From the sequence record NC_031047.1: DNA of 64,000 nt, one strand, 5' to 3'. Both the position numbers and the translations under genes were made by a program. This DNA is from Escherichia phage HY03. The notes beneath the pieces were generated by a model, which saw nothing but the letters and a program-made list of their open reading frames with translations, had not been told where the DNA came from and did not search any database. Shown here one piece after another: positions 18,936-29,306 of this stretch. Each line of letters opens with the position of its first letter. Within the stretch, counting starts at the first letter, position 1.

Positions 18936-18952
18936 GGGCTTCGGCCCTTTTT
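18934..18952 (+). terminator. UUCG-tetraloop hairpin terminator
   Basis: AAGGGC-TTCG-GCCCTT followed by TTTT. Confidence 0.7.
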
Positions 18953-18987
18953 GGATAATAAAATTTTAACGTAATTGAGGATAATGT

Positions 18988-19314
18988 ATGACTATTCAAA
19001 TTAAAAACGTCATTAATTCTTACGCATATGATAAAGTAGTTTCTTTGCTAGAAAAAGGCGATATTGTAACTCCTCAAATTTTGGATAAATGGGAAAAAGA
19101 GCTTCATCAGATGATGAAACAGAATGATCAGAAGATTGGACGCAATACTGTCCGTGAATTGTTGGTTCAATATATCTTGTCAGAATTTGATGTTAAAGCT
19201 TTTGGTGTAGAATCTAAAGCTTATCAAAAGCATGAAATTTCCGATAAAACTATTCGTCGCATGAAAAATCAACGCAAGAAAAAATTTGCAGACCTGAAAA
19301 TTACTAAGGTATAA
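18988..19314 (+). CDS. hypothetical protein
   Basis: 108-aa ORF. Confidence 0.55.
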   Translation: MTIQIKNVINSYAYDKVVSLLEKGDIVTPQILDKWEKELHQMMKQNDQKIGRNTVRELLVQYILSEFDVKAFGVESKAYQKHEISDKTIRRMKNQRKKKFADLKITKV

Positions 19315-19316
19315 TT

Positions 19317-19532
19317 ATGAACGAAGCTCTTATTAACGATTTGCGTCTTGCTGGATATGAAGTAAATACAAATGGCATTGGTTTAACTCAAATTGAAGGA
19401 AACGGATTCATCCTTGAGTATGAATTTAGCCAATGGTGGTTATATGCTAATTACGGCGAATTGATTGAATATGTTGACCAATTTGATTCACTAGATGCAG
19501 CTCTTGAAGCGGCTAAGTTGATGAATGTATGA
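19317..19532 (+). CDS. hypothetical protein
   Basis: 71-aa ORF. Confidence 0.5.
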   Translation: MNEALINDLRLAGYEVNTNGIGLTQIEGNGFILEYEFSQWWLYANYGELIEYVDQFDSLDAALEAAKLMNV

Positions 19533-19798
19533 AATTTATTAATATTTCTATTACTATTGAAAATTATGGCATTTTCTATGTTGACCAATGCATGAAAATT
19601 TCATTTTTCCCAAATAAGACTGGTGTTGGATATTGGGAAAGTCATGTTTCTGAATTAAATGAAAGTGAATATGTTAGCACACATGAAAAGTTTTTAGACT
19701 TTTTATATCATGCTGATTTAACTAGTCATTATATAGATATTCATGAATTTAAAAAGATGATGGAGAAAGTATTCCAAGCATACTGTTTACTTAGATAA
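19529..19798 (+). CDS. hypothetical protein
   Basis: 89-aa ORF. Confidence 0.5.
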   Translation: MKFINISITIENYGIFYVDQCMKISFFPNKTGVGYWESHVSELNESEYVSTHEKFLDFLYHADLTSHYIDIHEFKKMMEKVFQAYCLLR

Positions 19799-19811
19799 CT
19801 GATATCCTCTA

Positions 19812-19847
19812 TGCTTTAAGATAGATCTTCAAATATTATGATATAAT
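19812..19847 (+). promoter_or_regulatory. possible middle promoter upstream of gene 55
   Basis: TGCTTTA box; candidate -10 AAATAT at 12 nt or TATAAT further downstream. Confidence 0.4.
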
Positions 19848-19876
19848 AGATCTATGAATTGAGCTAAGAGGTGAAA

Positions 19877-20434
19877 ATGTCAGAAACTAAGCCTAAATAT
19901 AATTACGTAAACAATAAAGAGCTTTTACAAGCTATTATTGATTGGAAAACAGAATTAGCAAATAATAAAGACCCAAATAAAGTAGTTCGTCAGAATGATA
20001 CTATCGGATTAGCCATTATGCTTATTGCAGAAGGCTTATCTAAACGTTTCAACTTTTCAGGATACACCCAGTCTTGGAAACAAGAAATGATTGCAGATGG
20101 TATAGAAGCTTCTATTAAGGGGCTTCATAATTTTGATGAAACGAAATATAAAAACCCACATGCGTATATAACTCAAGCTTGTTTTAATGCATTCGTCCAA
20201 CGTATTAAAAAAGAACGTAAGGAAGTTGCAAAGAAATATAGTTACTTCGTTCACAATGTCTATGACAGCCGTGACGACGATATGGTTGCGTTAGTAGATG
20301 AAACTTTTATTCAAGACATCTACGATAAAATGACGCATTACGAAGAATCAACCTATAGAACACCGGGGGCTGAAAAGAAAAGTGTTGTAGACGATTCTCC
20401 TAGTTTGGATTTTTTATATGAGGCTAACGATTAA
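19877..20434 (+). CDS. 55: late-transcription sigma factor gp55
   Basis: 185 aa from ATG after AGAGGTGA RBS; matches recalled T4 gp55. Confidence 0.9.
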
Positions 20435-20636
20435 CCTCTCCGGATTCTTGGAAGAAATACCTGAAGTTGAAGCTATTCCCTATTTACTTAAAATGTATCT
20501 CAGGGAAGTTTTAGCTCTTGACATTGATATTGATCCAGAAAATCCGTATGATACCGCTTTTAAATCTAATGGTGTAGAATTAAACTATCGGTATCATTTA
20601 ACAGATGATGATTTTTATTTTATATTAGAGAAATAA
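20418..20636 (+). CDS. hypothetical protein
   Basis: 72-aa ORF. Confidence 0.5.
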
Positions 20637-20637
20637 T

Positions 20638-20955
20638 ATGACTGATAAACCCGAAATTAATGATGAAGTGGAAAAGCTTATTTCTTCTATTGAAGAAAAG
20701 AACCGTCTTGAAGCAGAAAGAAAAGCAAATAAGTTATTGTCTAAAAACAAACGCGAACTGAATCGTCTTTATAAGCACGCTCAGATTGCGGCTGAAAATA
20801 ATAATTTTGCTCAATACGAGTATGCTATCAAGAAAAGTCGGGATATTCTAAAACAGCCATATAACGATGAACTCATCAGTATTCTTTGGAAGACTACTAG
20901 ATCGCAGATTGAGGATATGATTGATGCTTACACACGTAAAATTCAAGCGTCTTAA
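20638..20955 (+). CDS. hypothetical protein
   Basis: 105-aa ORF. Confidence 0.5.
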   Translation: MTDKPEINDEVEKLISSIEEKNRLEAERKANKLLSKNKRELNRLYKHAQIAAENNNFAQYEYAIKKSRDILKQPYNDELISILWKTTRSQIEDMIDAYTRKIQAS

Positions 20956-21127
20956 AATTAATGCAGGATTTACTGAATCTTTGAACGGTCATCTTTGCGT
21001 GAAAATTTCTGAAAAAGAATACCACGATAGTTCAATTAAAGAAGTTAATCCTCCTATTGTAAGAGCAGACCCTAATATGAAAGTGTGGGTTGATTCTTAT
21101 CAAGTCAAAAAATGGTGGCAGTTATGA
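20921..21127 (+). CDS. hypothetical protein
   Basis: 68-aa ORF; start uncertain. Confidence 0.4.
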   Translation: MMLTHVKFKRLKINAGFTESLNGHLCVKISEKEYHDSSIKEVNPPIVRADPNMKVWVDSYQVKKWWQL

Positions 21128-21264
21128 AAGATGAACACCAGACTTCTGAAATAGATTATAATAAAATTCGTTCCTCTAAAGTAGAAATGATGAGACGCTT
21201 TAAAGAGTCTCATGATAAAGCTAAAGCAGAAGGAACTATAACATATAAGCGTATAAAAATTTAG
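21124..21264 (+). CDS. hypothetical small protein
   Basis: 46 aa; ATGA overlap with previous stop. Confidence 0.35.
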   Translation: MKDEHQTSEIDYNKIRSSKVEMMRRFKESHDKAKAEGTITYKRIKI

Positions 21265-21302
21265 AAGCTCTAACGAGCCTTTGTATGGGCGTATTATGCG
21301 GA

Positions 21303-21320
21303 TAGGAGCTTCGGCTCCTA
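21303..21320 (+). other. UUCG-tetraloop stem-loop
   Basis: TAGGAGC-TTCG-GCTCCTA directly upstream of a MotA box. Confidence 0.5.
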
Positions 21321-21323
21321 TAT

Positions 21324-21348
21324 TGCTTTATAAATTTTTTGATAAAAT
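21324..21348 (+). promoter_or_regulatory. T4 middle promoter (MotA box)
   Basis: TGCTTTA, 12-nt spacer, TAAAAT upstream of alpha-gt. Confidence 0.6.
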
Positions 21349-21372
21349 AAACCAAAACAAAGAGGATATTAA

Positions 21373-22575
21373 ATGAAAGTATGCATTTTTCTGGCTCGGG
21401 GTCTTGAAGGTTGTGGTGTAACTAAATTTTCTCTTGAGCAGCGTGATTGGTTTATTAAAAATGGTCATGAAGTAACTTTGGTTTATGCTAAAGATAAATC
21501 ATTTACTCGTACAAGTTCTCATGACCACAAATCATTTTCAATTCCAGTTATTTTAGCTAAAGAATACGATAAAGCACTTAAACTGATTAATGATTGTGAT
21601 ATTCTAATTATTAATTCTGTTCCTGCTACTTCCGTTCAAGAAGCCACGATTAATAACTATAAAAAACTTTTAGATAATATTAAACCTTCTATTCGTGTTG
21701 TAGTTTATCAGCATGATCATTCTGTTCTTTCTTTGCGTCGAAATTTGGGATTAGAAGAAACTGTTCGTCGAGCTGATGTTATTTTTAGTCATTCTGATAA
21801 TGGCGATTTTAATAAAGTTCTGATGAAAGAATGGTATCCAGAAACTGTTTCTCTGTTTGATGATATTGAAGAAGCACCAACAGTATATAATTTTCAGCCT
21901 CCTATGGATATTGCGAAGGTTCGGTCAACTTATTGGAAAGATGTTTCTGAAATTAACATGAACATCAACCGTTGGATTGGTCGTACGACTACATGGAAAG
22001 GTTTTTATCAGATGTTTGATTTTCACGAAAAATTCTTAAAACCTGCTGGTAAATCCACTGTAATGGAAGGTCTTGAACGTTCCCCTGCTTTTATTGCAAT
22101 TAAGGAAAAAGGTATTCCGTATGAATATTATGGTAATCGTGAGATTGATAAAATGAATCTCACGCCGAATCAACCGGCACAAATCCTAGATTGTTATATT
22201 AATAGTGAAATGCTTGAACGAATGAGTAAATCTGGCTTTGGATATCAGTTGAGTAAACTTAACCAGAAATACTTACAACGCTCACTCGAATATACTCATC
22301 TTGAATTAGGTGCTTGCGGTACAATTCCTGTTTTCTGGAAATCAACAGGTGATAATTTAAAATTCCGTGTTGATAATACTCCTTTGACCTCACATGATAG
22401 CGGTATCATTTGGTTTGATGAAAATGACATGGAATCAACATTCGAGCGTATTAAAGAACTGTCATCTGACCGAGCTCTTTATGACCGTGAGCGAGAAAAA
22501 GCATATGAATTTTTGTATCAGCATCAAGATTCAAGCTTCTGCTTTAAAGAACAGTTTGACATTATTACAAAATAA
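21373..22575 (+). CDS. agt: DNA alpha-glucosyltransferase
   Basis: 400 aa; matches recalled T4 alpha-gt. Confidence 0.9.
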   Translation: MKVCIFLARGLEGCGVTKFSLEQRDWFIKNGHEVTLVYAKDKSFTRTSSHDHKSFSIPVILAKEYDKALKLINDCDILIINSVPATSVQEATINNYKKLLDNIKPSIRVVVYQHDHSVLSLRRNLGLEETVRRADVIFSHSDNGDFNKVLMKEWYPETVSLFDDIEEAPTVYNFQPPMDIAKVRSTYWKDVSEINMNINRWIGRTTTWKGFYQMFDFHEKFLKPAGKSTVMEGLERSPAFIAIKEKGIPYEYYGNREIDKMNLTPNQPAQILDCYINSEMLERMSKSGFGYQLSKLNQKYLQRSLEYTHLELGACGTIPVFWKSTGDNLKFRVDNTPLTSHDSGIIWFDENDMESTFERIKELSSDRALYDREREKAYEFLYQHQDSSFCFKEQFDIITK

Positions 22576-22591
22576 AGGGCTTCGGCCCTTT
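22574..22591 (+). terminator. UUCG-tetraloop hairpin
   Basis: AAAGGGC-TTCG-GCCCTTT overlapping the alpha-gt stop. Confidence 0.6.
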
Positions 22592-22616
22592 AGCTTTATA
22601 CAGAGTTTGATATAAT
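22592..22616 (+). promoter_or_regulatory. middle-type promoter (variant MotA box)
   Basis: AGCTTTA, 12 nt, TATAAT upstream of gene 47. Confidence 0.5.
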
Positions 22617-22755
22617 GATATTTCTTGGATATGTGATACTTTTTCTTGCATTTTATCTATTCGCTAGAGCATGTTGGATTGGGTTCTTTAGCACTCCAGA
22701 TGGATTTATTTCAATAATTTTATTTTGCATTTCAATGACGGTTCTTGATATATGA
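22615..22755 (+). CDS. hypothetical small hydrophobic protein
   Basis: 46-aa membrane-like ORF; ATG inside the -10 element, no obvious RBS. Confidence 0.3.
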   Translation: MIFLGYVILFLAFYLFARACWIGFFSTPDGFISIILFCISMTVLDI

Positions 22756-23771
22756 AAATTTTAAATTTAGGTGATTGGCATTTAGGCGTTAAAGCTGATG
22801 ATGAGTGGATTCGCGGTATTCAAATTGATGGAATTAAACAAGCAATAGAATATTCTAAGAAAAATGGAATTACTGTATGGATTCAATATGGTGATATTTT
22901 TGATGTGCGAAAAGCAATCACACATAAAACTATGGAGTTTGCCCGTGAAATAGTTCAAATGCTTGATGACGCTGGAATCACATTACATACTATTGTAGGA
23001 AATCACGATCTCCACTACAAAAATGTAATGCATCCAAATGCCTCTACTGAGCTTTTGGCTAAATATCCTAATGTTAAAGTATATGATAAGCCTACTACAG
23101 TAGATTTTGACGGATGTTTGATTGATTTAATTCCTTGGATGTGCGAAGAAAATACTGGTGAAATTCTTGAGCACATCAAAACTTCATCTGCTTCTTTTTG
23201 TGTTGGTCACTGGGAACTGAATGGATTTTATTTTTATAAAGGAATGAAATCTCATGGTCTTGAACCCGATTTCCTTAAGACTTATAAAGAGGTGTGGTCT
23301 GGTCACTTCCATACTATCTCTGAGGCTGCTAACGTCAGATATATTGGGACACCATGGACACTAACTGCCGGTGACGAGAATGACCCTCGTGGGTTCTGGA
23401 TGTTTGATACAGAAACAGAACGAATGGAATTTATTCCAAACAATACTACCTGGCATCGTAGAATTCATTATCCATTTAAAGGAAAAATTGACTATAAAGA
23501 TTTTACAAATCTATCAGTACGTGTTATAGTAACTGAAGTAGACAAAAATCTGACGAAGTTCGAATCTGAACTAGAAAAAGTTGTGCATTCATTACGAGTT
23601 GTGTCAAAGATTGATAACTCTGTCGAGTCAGATGACAGTGAAGAAGTTGAAGTTCAATCGCTTCAGACATTAATGGAAGAGTATATTAATGCAATTCCAG
23701 ACATCACTGATTCTGACCGTGAAGCACTTATTCAATATGCAAATCAGCTATATGTAGAGGCAACACAATGA
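22752..23771 (+). CDS. 47: recombination nuclease subunit gp47 (Mre11-like)
   Basis: 339 aa; phosphoesterase motifs GDWHLG, GNHD; matches T4 gp47. Confidence 0.9.
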   Translation: MKILNLGDWHLGVKADDEWIRGIQIDGIKQAIEYSKKNGITVWIQYGDIFDVRKAITHKTMEFAREIVQMLDDAGITLHTIVGNHDLHYKNVMHPNASTELLAKYPNVKVYDKPTTVDFDGCLIDLIPWMCEENTGEILEHIKTSSASFCVGHWELNGFYFYKGMKSHGLEPDFLKTYKEVWSGHFHTISEAANVRYIGTPWTLTAGDENDPRGFWMFDTETERMEFIPNNTTWHRRIHYPFKGKIDYKDFTNLSVRVIVTEVDKNLTKFESELEKVVHSLRVVSKIDNSVESDDSEEVEVQSLQTLMEEYINAIPDITDSDREALIQYANQLYVEATQ

Positions 23772-24031
23772 CTTTTGATGAATTTAAAAATGTTATGATG
23801 AGTCAGCATTTTGAATGCGAAGTAAAAGATGATATTGGGCATAAAGAAATTATTGAATACTGGTTTGAACCGCTAGAAGTTGAAGATAATTGTATTAAAA
23901 AGGTTACAGTCTGCACTGACTGGGCTGTATCTTTTAACTTCAACATTTTAGATAATGACACACCTAAATCATTACGAAATATGGCTGTATCTTGTATTAA
24001 GGATGCATACTGTGAAGTTTTCGACATTTGA
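23768..24031 (+). CDS. hypothetical protein
   Basis: 87-aa ORF. Confidence 0.5.
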   Translation: MTFDEFKNVMMSQHFECEVKDDIGHKEIIEYWFEPLEVEDNCIKKVTVCTDWAVSFNFNILDNDTPKSLRNMAVSCIKDAYCEVFDI

Positions 24032-24218
24032 CATTAATGATGAATTCATAGCAAATATTGATTACACCGAAGAAGATTCTAGATATGTTGGAATAATTTA
24101 TATCACATCAAAAGCAGCACAAGGCGTTGTTTGCACGGCTGAATTTGATGAATACTTTTTAGATTATGATGATATGATAGAATGGTCTAAAAGATACATT
24201 AAAAGGAATCTTTTGTGA
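24003..24218 (+). CDS. hypothetical protein
   Basis: track ORF 23955..24218; start uncertain (ATG 24003 or GTG 24012). Confidence 0.4.
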   Translation: MHTVKFSTFDINDEFIANIDYTEEDSRYVGIIYITSKAAQGVVCTAEFDEYFLDYDDMIEWSKRYIKRNLL

Positions 24219-25897
24219 AGAATTTTAAACTAAACCGAGTTAGGTATCAAAATATAATGTCAGTAGGTGGAAATCCTATTGACATTCAATTAGATAAGGT
24301 TCAAAAAACTCTTATTACTGGACGAAATGGCGGTGGTAAGTCTACTATGTTAGAAGCCATCACATTTGGGCTTTTTGGCAAGCCATTTCGCGATGTAAAG
24401 AAAGGTCAATTAATAAACAGCACAAATAAGAAAGAACTTTTAGTTGAACTGTGGATGGAATATGATGAGAAAAAGTATTATATCAAAAGAGGACAAAAAC
24501 CAAACGTTTTCGAAATCACCGTTAACGGTACACGTCTTAATGAATCTGCCAGCAGTAAAGATTTCCAAGCAGAATTTGAACAGCTTATCGGAATGTCATA
24601 TGCCAGTTTCAAGCAGATTGTTGTCCTTGGTACAGCAGGGTATACCCCTTTCATGGGTTTGTCGACCCCTGCGCGAAGAAAGCTTGTGGAAGACCTGCTC
24701 GAGGTAGGAACATTAGCTGAAATGGATAAGCTTAATAAAGCACTAATACGTGAATTAAATTCACAAAACCAAGTGCTTGATGTTAAAAAAGATAGTATTA
24801 TCCAACAAATTAAAATATATAATGATAATGTTGAACGCCAGAAAAAATTGTCTGGTGACAATCTTACTCGTCTTCAAAATATGTATGATGATTTGGCAAA
24901 AGAAGCTAGAACGCTAAAATCGGAAATAGAAGAAGCTAATGAAAGATTAGTTAATATTGTTTTGGATGAAGACCCTACTGATGCATTTAATAAAATCGGT
25001 CAAGAAGCAGTTTTGATTAAATCAAAAATTGACTCGTATAATAAAGTCATTAATATGTATCACGAAGGTGGATTATGTCCAACCTGTTTGTCACAATTAA
25101 GTTCCGGTGATAAAGTTGTTTCTAAAATTAAAGATAAAGTTTCTGAATGTACGCATTCGTTTGAACAGCTTTCAACACACCGTGATAATTTAAAAGTTCT
25201 TGTTGATGAATACCGAGATAATATTAAAACCCAGCAGTCGTTGGCAAATGATATTCGCAATAAAAAGCAATCTCTGATCGCAGCAGTAGATAAAGCTAAA
25301 AAGGTTAAAGCGGCTATAGAAAAAGCATCTTCTGAGTTTATTGACCATGCTGATGAAATAGCACTGCTTCAAGAAGAACTTGATAAAATTGTTAAGACAA
25401 AAACTAATTTAGTAATGGAAAAATACCACCGAGGAATTTTGACTGATATGCTCAAAGATTCTGGTATTAAAGGTGCTATTATTAAAAAGTACATTCCATT
25501 ATTTAATAAGCAGATTAACCATTATCTTAAAATAATGGAAGCGGATTATGTGTTTACATTAGATGAAGAATTTAATGAGACAATTAAATCCCGTGGTCGT
25601 GAAGATTTTAGTTATGCTTCATTTAGTGAAGGTGAAAAGGCACGAATCGATATTGCTCTTTTATTTACTTGGCGTGATATTGCTTCTATCGTATCTGGTG
25701 TTAGTATTAGTACATTAATTCTTGATGAAGTGTTTGATGGGTCATTTGATGCCGAAGGTATTAAAGGTGTAGCTAATATTATAAATTCAATGAAAAACAC
25801 TAATGTTTTTATAATTTCGCATAAAGACCATGACCCGCAAGAATATGGTCAGCATCTTCAAATGAAGAAAGTCGGTCGATTTACTGTAATGGTTTAA
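24215..25897 (+). CDS. 46: recombination nuclease subunit gp46 (Rad50-like ATPase)
   Basis: 560 aa; Walker A GRNGGGKST, long coiled coil, CPTC zinc hook; GTG start. Confidence 0.9.
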   Translation: MKNFKLNRVRYQNIMSVGGNPIDIQLDKVQKTLITGRNGGGKSTMLEAITFGLFGKPFRDVKKGQLINSTNKKELLVELWMEYDEKKYYIKRGQKPNVFEITVNGTRLNESASSKDFQAEFEQLIGMSYASFKQIVVLGTAGYTPFMGLSTPARRKLVEDLLEVGTLAEMDKLNKALIRELNSQNQVLDVKKDSIIQQIKIYNDNVERQKKLSGDNLTRLQNMYDDLAKEARTLKSEIEEANERLVNIVLDEDPTDAFNKIGQEAVLIKSKIDSYNKVINMYHEGGLCPTCLSQLSSGDKVVSKIKDKVSECTHSFEQLSTHRDNLKVLVDEYRDNIKTQQSLANDIRNKKQSLIAAVDKAKKVKAAIEKASSEFIDHADEIALLQEELDKIVKTKTNLVMEKYHRGILTDMLKDSGIKGAIIKKYIPLFNKQINHYLKIMEADYVFTLDEEFNETIKSRGREDFSYASFSEGEKARIDIALLFTWRDIASIVSGVSISTLILDEVFDGSFDAEGIKGVANIINSMKNTNVFIISHKDHDPQEYGQHLQMKKVGRFTVMV

Positions 25898-25911
25898 TTT
25901 ATAAGAGATTA

Positions 25912-25935
25912 TGCTTTAATTTATTAGAGTATAAT
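25912..25935 (+). promoter_or_regulatory. T4 middle promoter (MotA box) inside an inverted repeat
   Basis: TGCTTTA, 11-12-nt spacer, TATAAT; flanked by AGAGATTAT / ATAATCTCT. Confidence 0.55.
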
Positions 25936-25952
25936 CTCTATGGAGGAAAAAC

Positions 25953-26141
25953 ATGGAATATTCAACTGGACAGCATCTATTAACTATTCCTGAAATAAAA
26001 CGATATATTCTGAGAAATAATTTTTCTAACGAAGAGCATATAGTTACTGAATCTATGCTTAGGAATGCATTTAAATCAGAATATACAAAAATAATGTCCA
26101 ATAGAAATGAAGCTTGGACTGTTACTGATTATTATGACTAA
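25953..26141 (+). CDS. hypothetical protein
   Basis: 62-aa ORF. Confidence 0.5.
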   Translation: MEYSTGQHLLTIPEIKRYILRNNFSNEEHIVTESMLRNAFKSEYTKIMSNRNEAWTVTDYYD

Positions 26142-26150
26142 AGGTGTATT

Positions 26151-26540
26151 ATGACTAAAATTACTGTGAATTATACTGTTGATGTAAAAGATATTCAGCC
26201 AAAACACGTGCGTTCTGAATCAAATCCACAAAACCAAAATAAAATTCGTCGAGCATGGGTTTTGTCTCTTTCTGATAACGCAATGGAAGTTATTCAGAAC
26301 AAAATTAAATCTGCACCTGCTCGTCATGCGTATTATGAAGCTATCGATCGTGAAGTAAGTAATAAATGGATTGAACTAATGCGCAAACATACTACAGAAT
26401 CTCTAAACGCTGGTGCTAAATTTATTATGACTTCATGTGGTGAACGCCTTGAAGATGATTATTGCGGTAATGCAGATGAACGTCTAATTGTTGCTGCTCA
26501 AATTATTGCGGAAACAATTGCGGCTGATTTTAATCGTTAA
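26151..26540 (+). CDS. rpbA: RNA polymerase binding protein A
   Basis: 129 aa between 46 and 45; size and position as in T4. Confidence 0.75.
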   Translation: MTKITVNYTVDVKDIQPKHVRSESNPQNQNKIRRAWVLSLSDNAMEVIQNKIKSAPARHAYYEAIDREVSNKWIELMRKHTTESLNAGAKFIMTSCGERLEDDYCGNADERLIVAAQIIAETIAADFNR

Positions 26541-26541
26541 T

Positions 26542-26566
26542 TGCTTTATTAAATTAGTTATAAAAA
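26542..26566 (+). promoter_or_regulatory. T4 middle promoter (MotA box)
   Basis: TGCTTTA, 12 nt, TAAAAA upstream of gene 45. Confidence 0.55.
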
Positions 26567-26595
26567 TAAATCTCATTTGAATTGAAGGAAATTAC

Positions 26596-27282
26596 ATGAA
26601 ACTGTCTAAAGATACACTGAATATTTTGAAAAATTTCGCTACTATTAACTCCGGTATTATGCTTAAATCCGGTCAATTTATTATGACTCGCGCAGTTAAT
26701 GGTACAACTTATGCGGAAGCAAATATTTCTGACGTTATTGATTTTGATGTAGCAATTTACGATTTGAACGGTTTTCTCGGTATTCTGTCTTTAGTTAATG
26801 ATGATGCAGAAATTTCCCAGTCAGAAGATGGTAATATTAAAATTGCTGATGCTCGCTCAACAATTTTTTGGCCAGCAGCCGATCCGAGTACAGTAGTTGC
26901 TCCTAATAAACCAATTCCATTCCCGGTAGCATCTGTTGTTACTGAAATTAAAGCTGAAGACCTTCAACAACTGTTGCGTGTATCTCGTGGTCTGCAAATT
27001 GATACAATTGCTATCACGGTAAAAGAAGGTAAAATCGTAATTAACGGTTTTAATAAAGTAGAAGATTCTGCTCTGACCCGTGTTAAATATTCTTTGACTC
27101 TTGGTGATTATGATGGTGAAAATACATTTAATTTCATTATCAATATGGCAAATATGAAAATGCAACCAGGAAATTATAAACTTCTGCTCTGGGCAAAAGG
27201 TAAACAAGGTGCTGCTAAATTTGAAGGTGAACACGCGAATTATGTAGTAGCTCTTGAAGCTGATTCTACCCACGACTTTTAA
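26596..27282 (+). CDS. 45: sliding clamp gp45
   Basis: 228 aa; matches recalled T4 gp45. Confidence 0.9.
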   Translation: MKLSKDTLNILKNFATINSGIMLKSGQFIMTRAVNGTTYAEANISDVIDFDVAIYDLNGFLGILSLVNDDAEISQSEDGNIKIADARSTIFWPAADPSTVVAPNKPIPFPVASVVTEIKAEDLQQLLRVSRGLQIDTIAITVKEGKIVINGFNKVEDSALTRVKYSLTLGDYDGENTFNFIINMANMKMQPGNYKLLLWAKGKQGAAKFEGEHANYVVALEADSTHDF

Positions 27283-27284
27283 TA

Positions 27285-27300
27285 GAGGGCTTCGGCCCTT
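27285..27300 (+). terminator. UUCG-tetraloop hairpin
   Basis: AGGGC-TTCG-GCCCT followed by a TATAAT-like hexamer. Confidence 0.55.
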
Positions 27301-27333
27301 TATAATTTACACTAAAACTTGAATGAGGAAATT

Positions 27334-28293
27334 ATGATTACTGTAAATGAAAAAGAACACATTCTTGAACAGAAATATCGTCCATCTACTATCGATGAAT
27401 GTATTCTTCCCGCCTTTGATAAAGAAACCTTTAAATCTATTACAAGTAAAGGTAAGATTCCACATATTATTCTTCATTCTCCTTCTCCGGGAACAGGTAA
27501 AACAACTGTAGCAAAAGCATTGTGTCATGATGTAAATGCTGATATGATGTTTGTGAATGGATCAGATTGTAAAATTGATTTCGTTCGCGGTCCTTTGACC
27601 AATTTTGCTAGTGCAGCTTCATTTGATGGTCGTCAAAAAGTAATCGTTATTGATGAATTTGACCGTTCAGGGTTAGCAGAGTCTCAGCGACATCTTCGTT
27701 CCTTTATGGAAGCTTATAGTTCAAACTGTAGTATTATTATTACTGCTAACAATATTGATGGTATTATTAAACCACTTCAGTCACGCTGCCGAGTTATTAC
27801 ATTCGGTCAACCGACCGATGAAGATAAAATTGAAATGATGAAGCAGATGATTCGTCGATTGACTGAAATCTGCAAGCGTGAAGGAATTGCTATAGCTGAT
27901 ATGAAAGTTGTAGCAGCTTTGGTTAAAAAGAATTTTCCTGATTTTCGTAAAACTATTGGCGAGCTCGATAGTTATTCATCTAAAGGTGTTTTGGATGCTG
28001 GTATTTTATCACTGGTTACTAACGATCGTGGTGCTATTGATGATGTTCTTGAGTCTCTCAAAAATAAAGATGTTAAACAGCTCAGAGCTTTAGCACCAAA
28101 ATATGCAGCTGATTATTCGTGGTTCGTAGGTAAACTTGCCGAAGAAATCTATACACGCGTAACTCCGCAAAGTATTATTCGTATGTATGAAATTGTTGGT
28201 GAAAATAACCAGTATCATGGAATTGCGGCTAATACTGAATTACATTTAGCATATCTTTTCATTCAATTGGCATGTGAAATGCAGTGGAAGTGA
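27334..28293 (+). CDS. 44: clamp loader large subunit gp44
   Basis: 319 aa; Walker [11 protein letters not shown]; track start is an upstream TTG. Confidence 0.9.
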   Translation: MITVNEKEHILEQKYRPSTIDECILPAFDKETFKSITSKGKIPHIILHSPSPGTGKTTVAKALCHDVNADMMFVNGSDCKIDFVRGPLTNFASAASFDGRQKVIVIDEFDRSGLAESQRHLRSFMEAYSSNCSIIITANNIDGIIKPLQSRCRVITFGQPTDEDKIEMMKQMIRRLTEICKREGIAIADMKVVAALVKKNFPDFRKTIGELDSYSSKGVLDAGILSLVTNDRGAIDDVLESLKNKDVKQLRALAPKYAADYSWFVGKLAEEIYTRVTPQSIIRMYEIVGENNQYHGIAANTELHLAYLFIQLACEMQWK

Positions 28294-28294
28294 T

Positions 28295-28858
28295 ATGAGC
28301 TTATTTGAAGATGATATTCAATTAAACGAGCATCAAGTTGCTTGGTATTCAAAAGATTGGACAGCTGTCCAATCTGCTGCTGATTCTTTTAAGGAAAAAG
28401 CTGAAAATGAATTTTTTGAAATAATTGGAGCGATCAATAATAAAACTAAATGCTCTATTGCTCAAAAAGATTATTCAAAATACATGGTTGAGAATGCATT
28501 ATCACAATTTCCTGAGTGCATGCCAGCTGTATATGCTATGAATTTAATTGGATCAGGTTTAAGCGATGAAGCCCATTTTAATTATCTGATGGCTGCTGTT
28601 CCTCGTGGTAAAAGATATGGTAAATGGGCAAAACTGGTTGAAGATTCTACCGAAGTATTGATTATTAAGTTACTTGCTAAGCGGTATCAAGTTAATACAA
28701 ATGATGCAATTAACTATAAATCAATTCTTACTAAAAATGGAAAACTTCCTTTAGTATTAAAAGAACTAAAAGGTTTAGTCACGGATGATTTTTTGAAAGA
28801 AGTGACTAAGAACGTAAAAGAACAGAAACAACTCAAAAAACTAGCATTGGAATGGTAA
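28295..28858 (+). CDS. 62: clamp loader small subunit gp62
   Basis: 187 aa; start 1 nt after gene 44 stop. Confidence 0.9.
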   Translation: MSLFEDDIQLNEHQVAWYSKDWTAVQSAADSFKEKAENEFFEIIGAINNKTKCSIAQKDYSKYMVENALSQFPECMPAVYAMNLIGSGLSDEAHFNYLMAAVPRGKRYGKWAKLVEDSTEVLIIKLLAKRYQVNTNDAINYKSILTKNGKLPLVLKELKGLVTDDFLKEVTKNVKEQKQLKKLALEW

Positions 28859-28859
28859 A

Positions 28860-29228
28860 ATGATTGAAATTACTCTTAAAAAACCTGAAGATTTTCTGAA
28901 AGTTAAAGAAACTCTGACTCGTATGGGAATTGCTAATAATAAAGATAAAGTTCTGTATCAATCCTGTCATATTCTCCAGAAAAAAGGACTATACTATATC
29001 GTTCATTTTAAAGAAATGCTTCGTATGGATGGTCGCCAGGTTGAAATGACAGAAGAAGATGAAGTTCGTCGTGATTCGATTGCATGGCTGTTAGAAGATT
29101 GGGGACTGATTGAAATCGCTCCCGGTCAAAGAACTTTTATGAAAGATTTAACTAATAACTTCCGAGTTATTTCTTTTAAACAAAAACACGAATGGAAACT
29201 CGTTCCTAAATATACGATTGGTAATTAA
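28860..29228 (+). CDS. regA: translational repressor RegA
   Basis: 122 aa; matches recalled T4 RegA. Confidence 0.9.
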   Translation: MIEITLKKPEDFLKVKETLTRMGIANNKDKVLYQSCHILQKKGLYYIVHFKEMLRMDGRQVEMTEEDEVRRDSIAWLLEDWGLIEIAPGQRTFMKDLTNNFRVISFKQKHEWKLVPKYTIGN

Positions 29229-29230
29229 GC

Positions 29231-29248
29231 AAGGGGCTTCGGCCCCTT
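29231..29248 (+). terminator. UUCG-tetraloop hairpin
   Basis: AAGGGGC-TTCG-GCCCCTT. Confidence 0.55.
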
Positions 29249-29270
29249 AATTGGAGTATAATATATCAAG

Positions 29271-29306
29271 AGCCTAATAACTCGGGCTATAAACTAAGGA
29301 ATATCT
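29271..29306 (+). promoter_or_regulatory. gene 43 translational operator (autoregulatory hairpin plus RBS)
   Basis: AGCCU-AAUAACUC-GGGCU (5-bp stem, 8-nt loop) followed by AAGGAA RBS, as described for T4 gp43 autoregulation. Confidence 0.6.

Noticed and set aside
24478-24861. 127-aa minus-strand ORF inside gene 46
   Set aside because: Antisense overlap with a confidently identified gene.
26857-27273. 138-aa minus-strand ORF
   Set aside because: Lies entirely inside gene 45 on the opposite strand, with no RBS and low-complexity translation; an overlap artefact.
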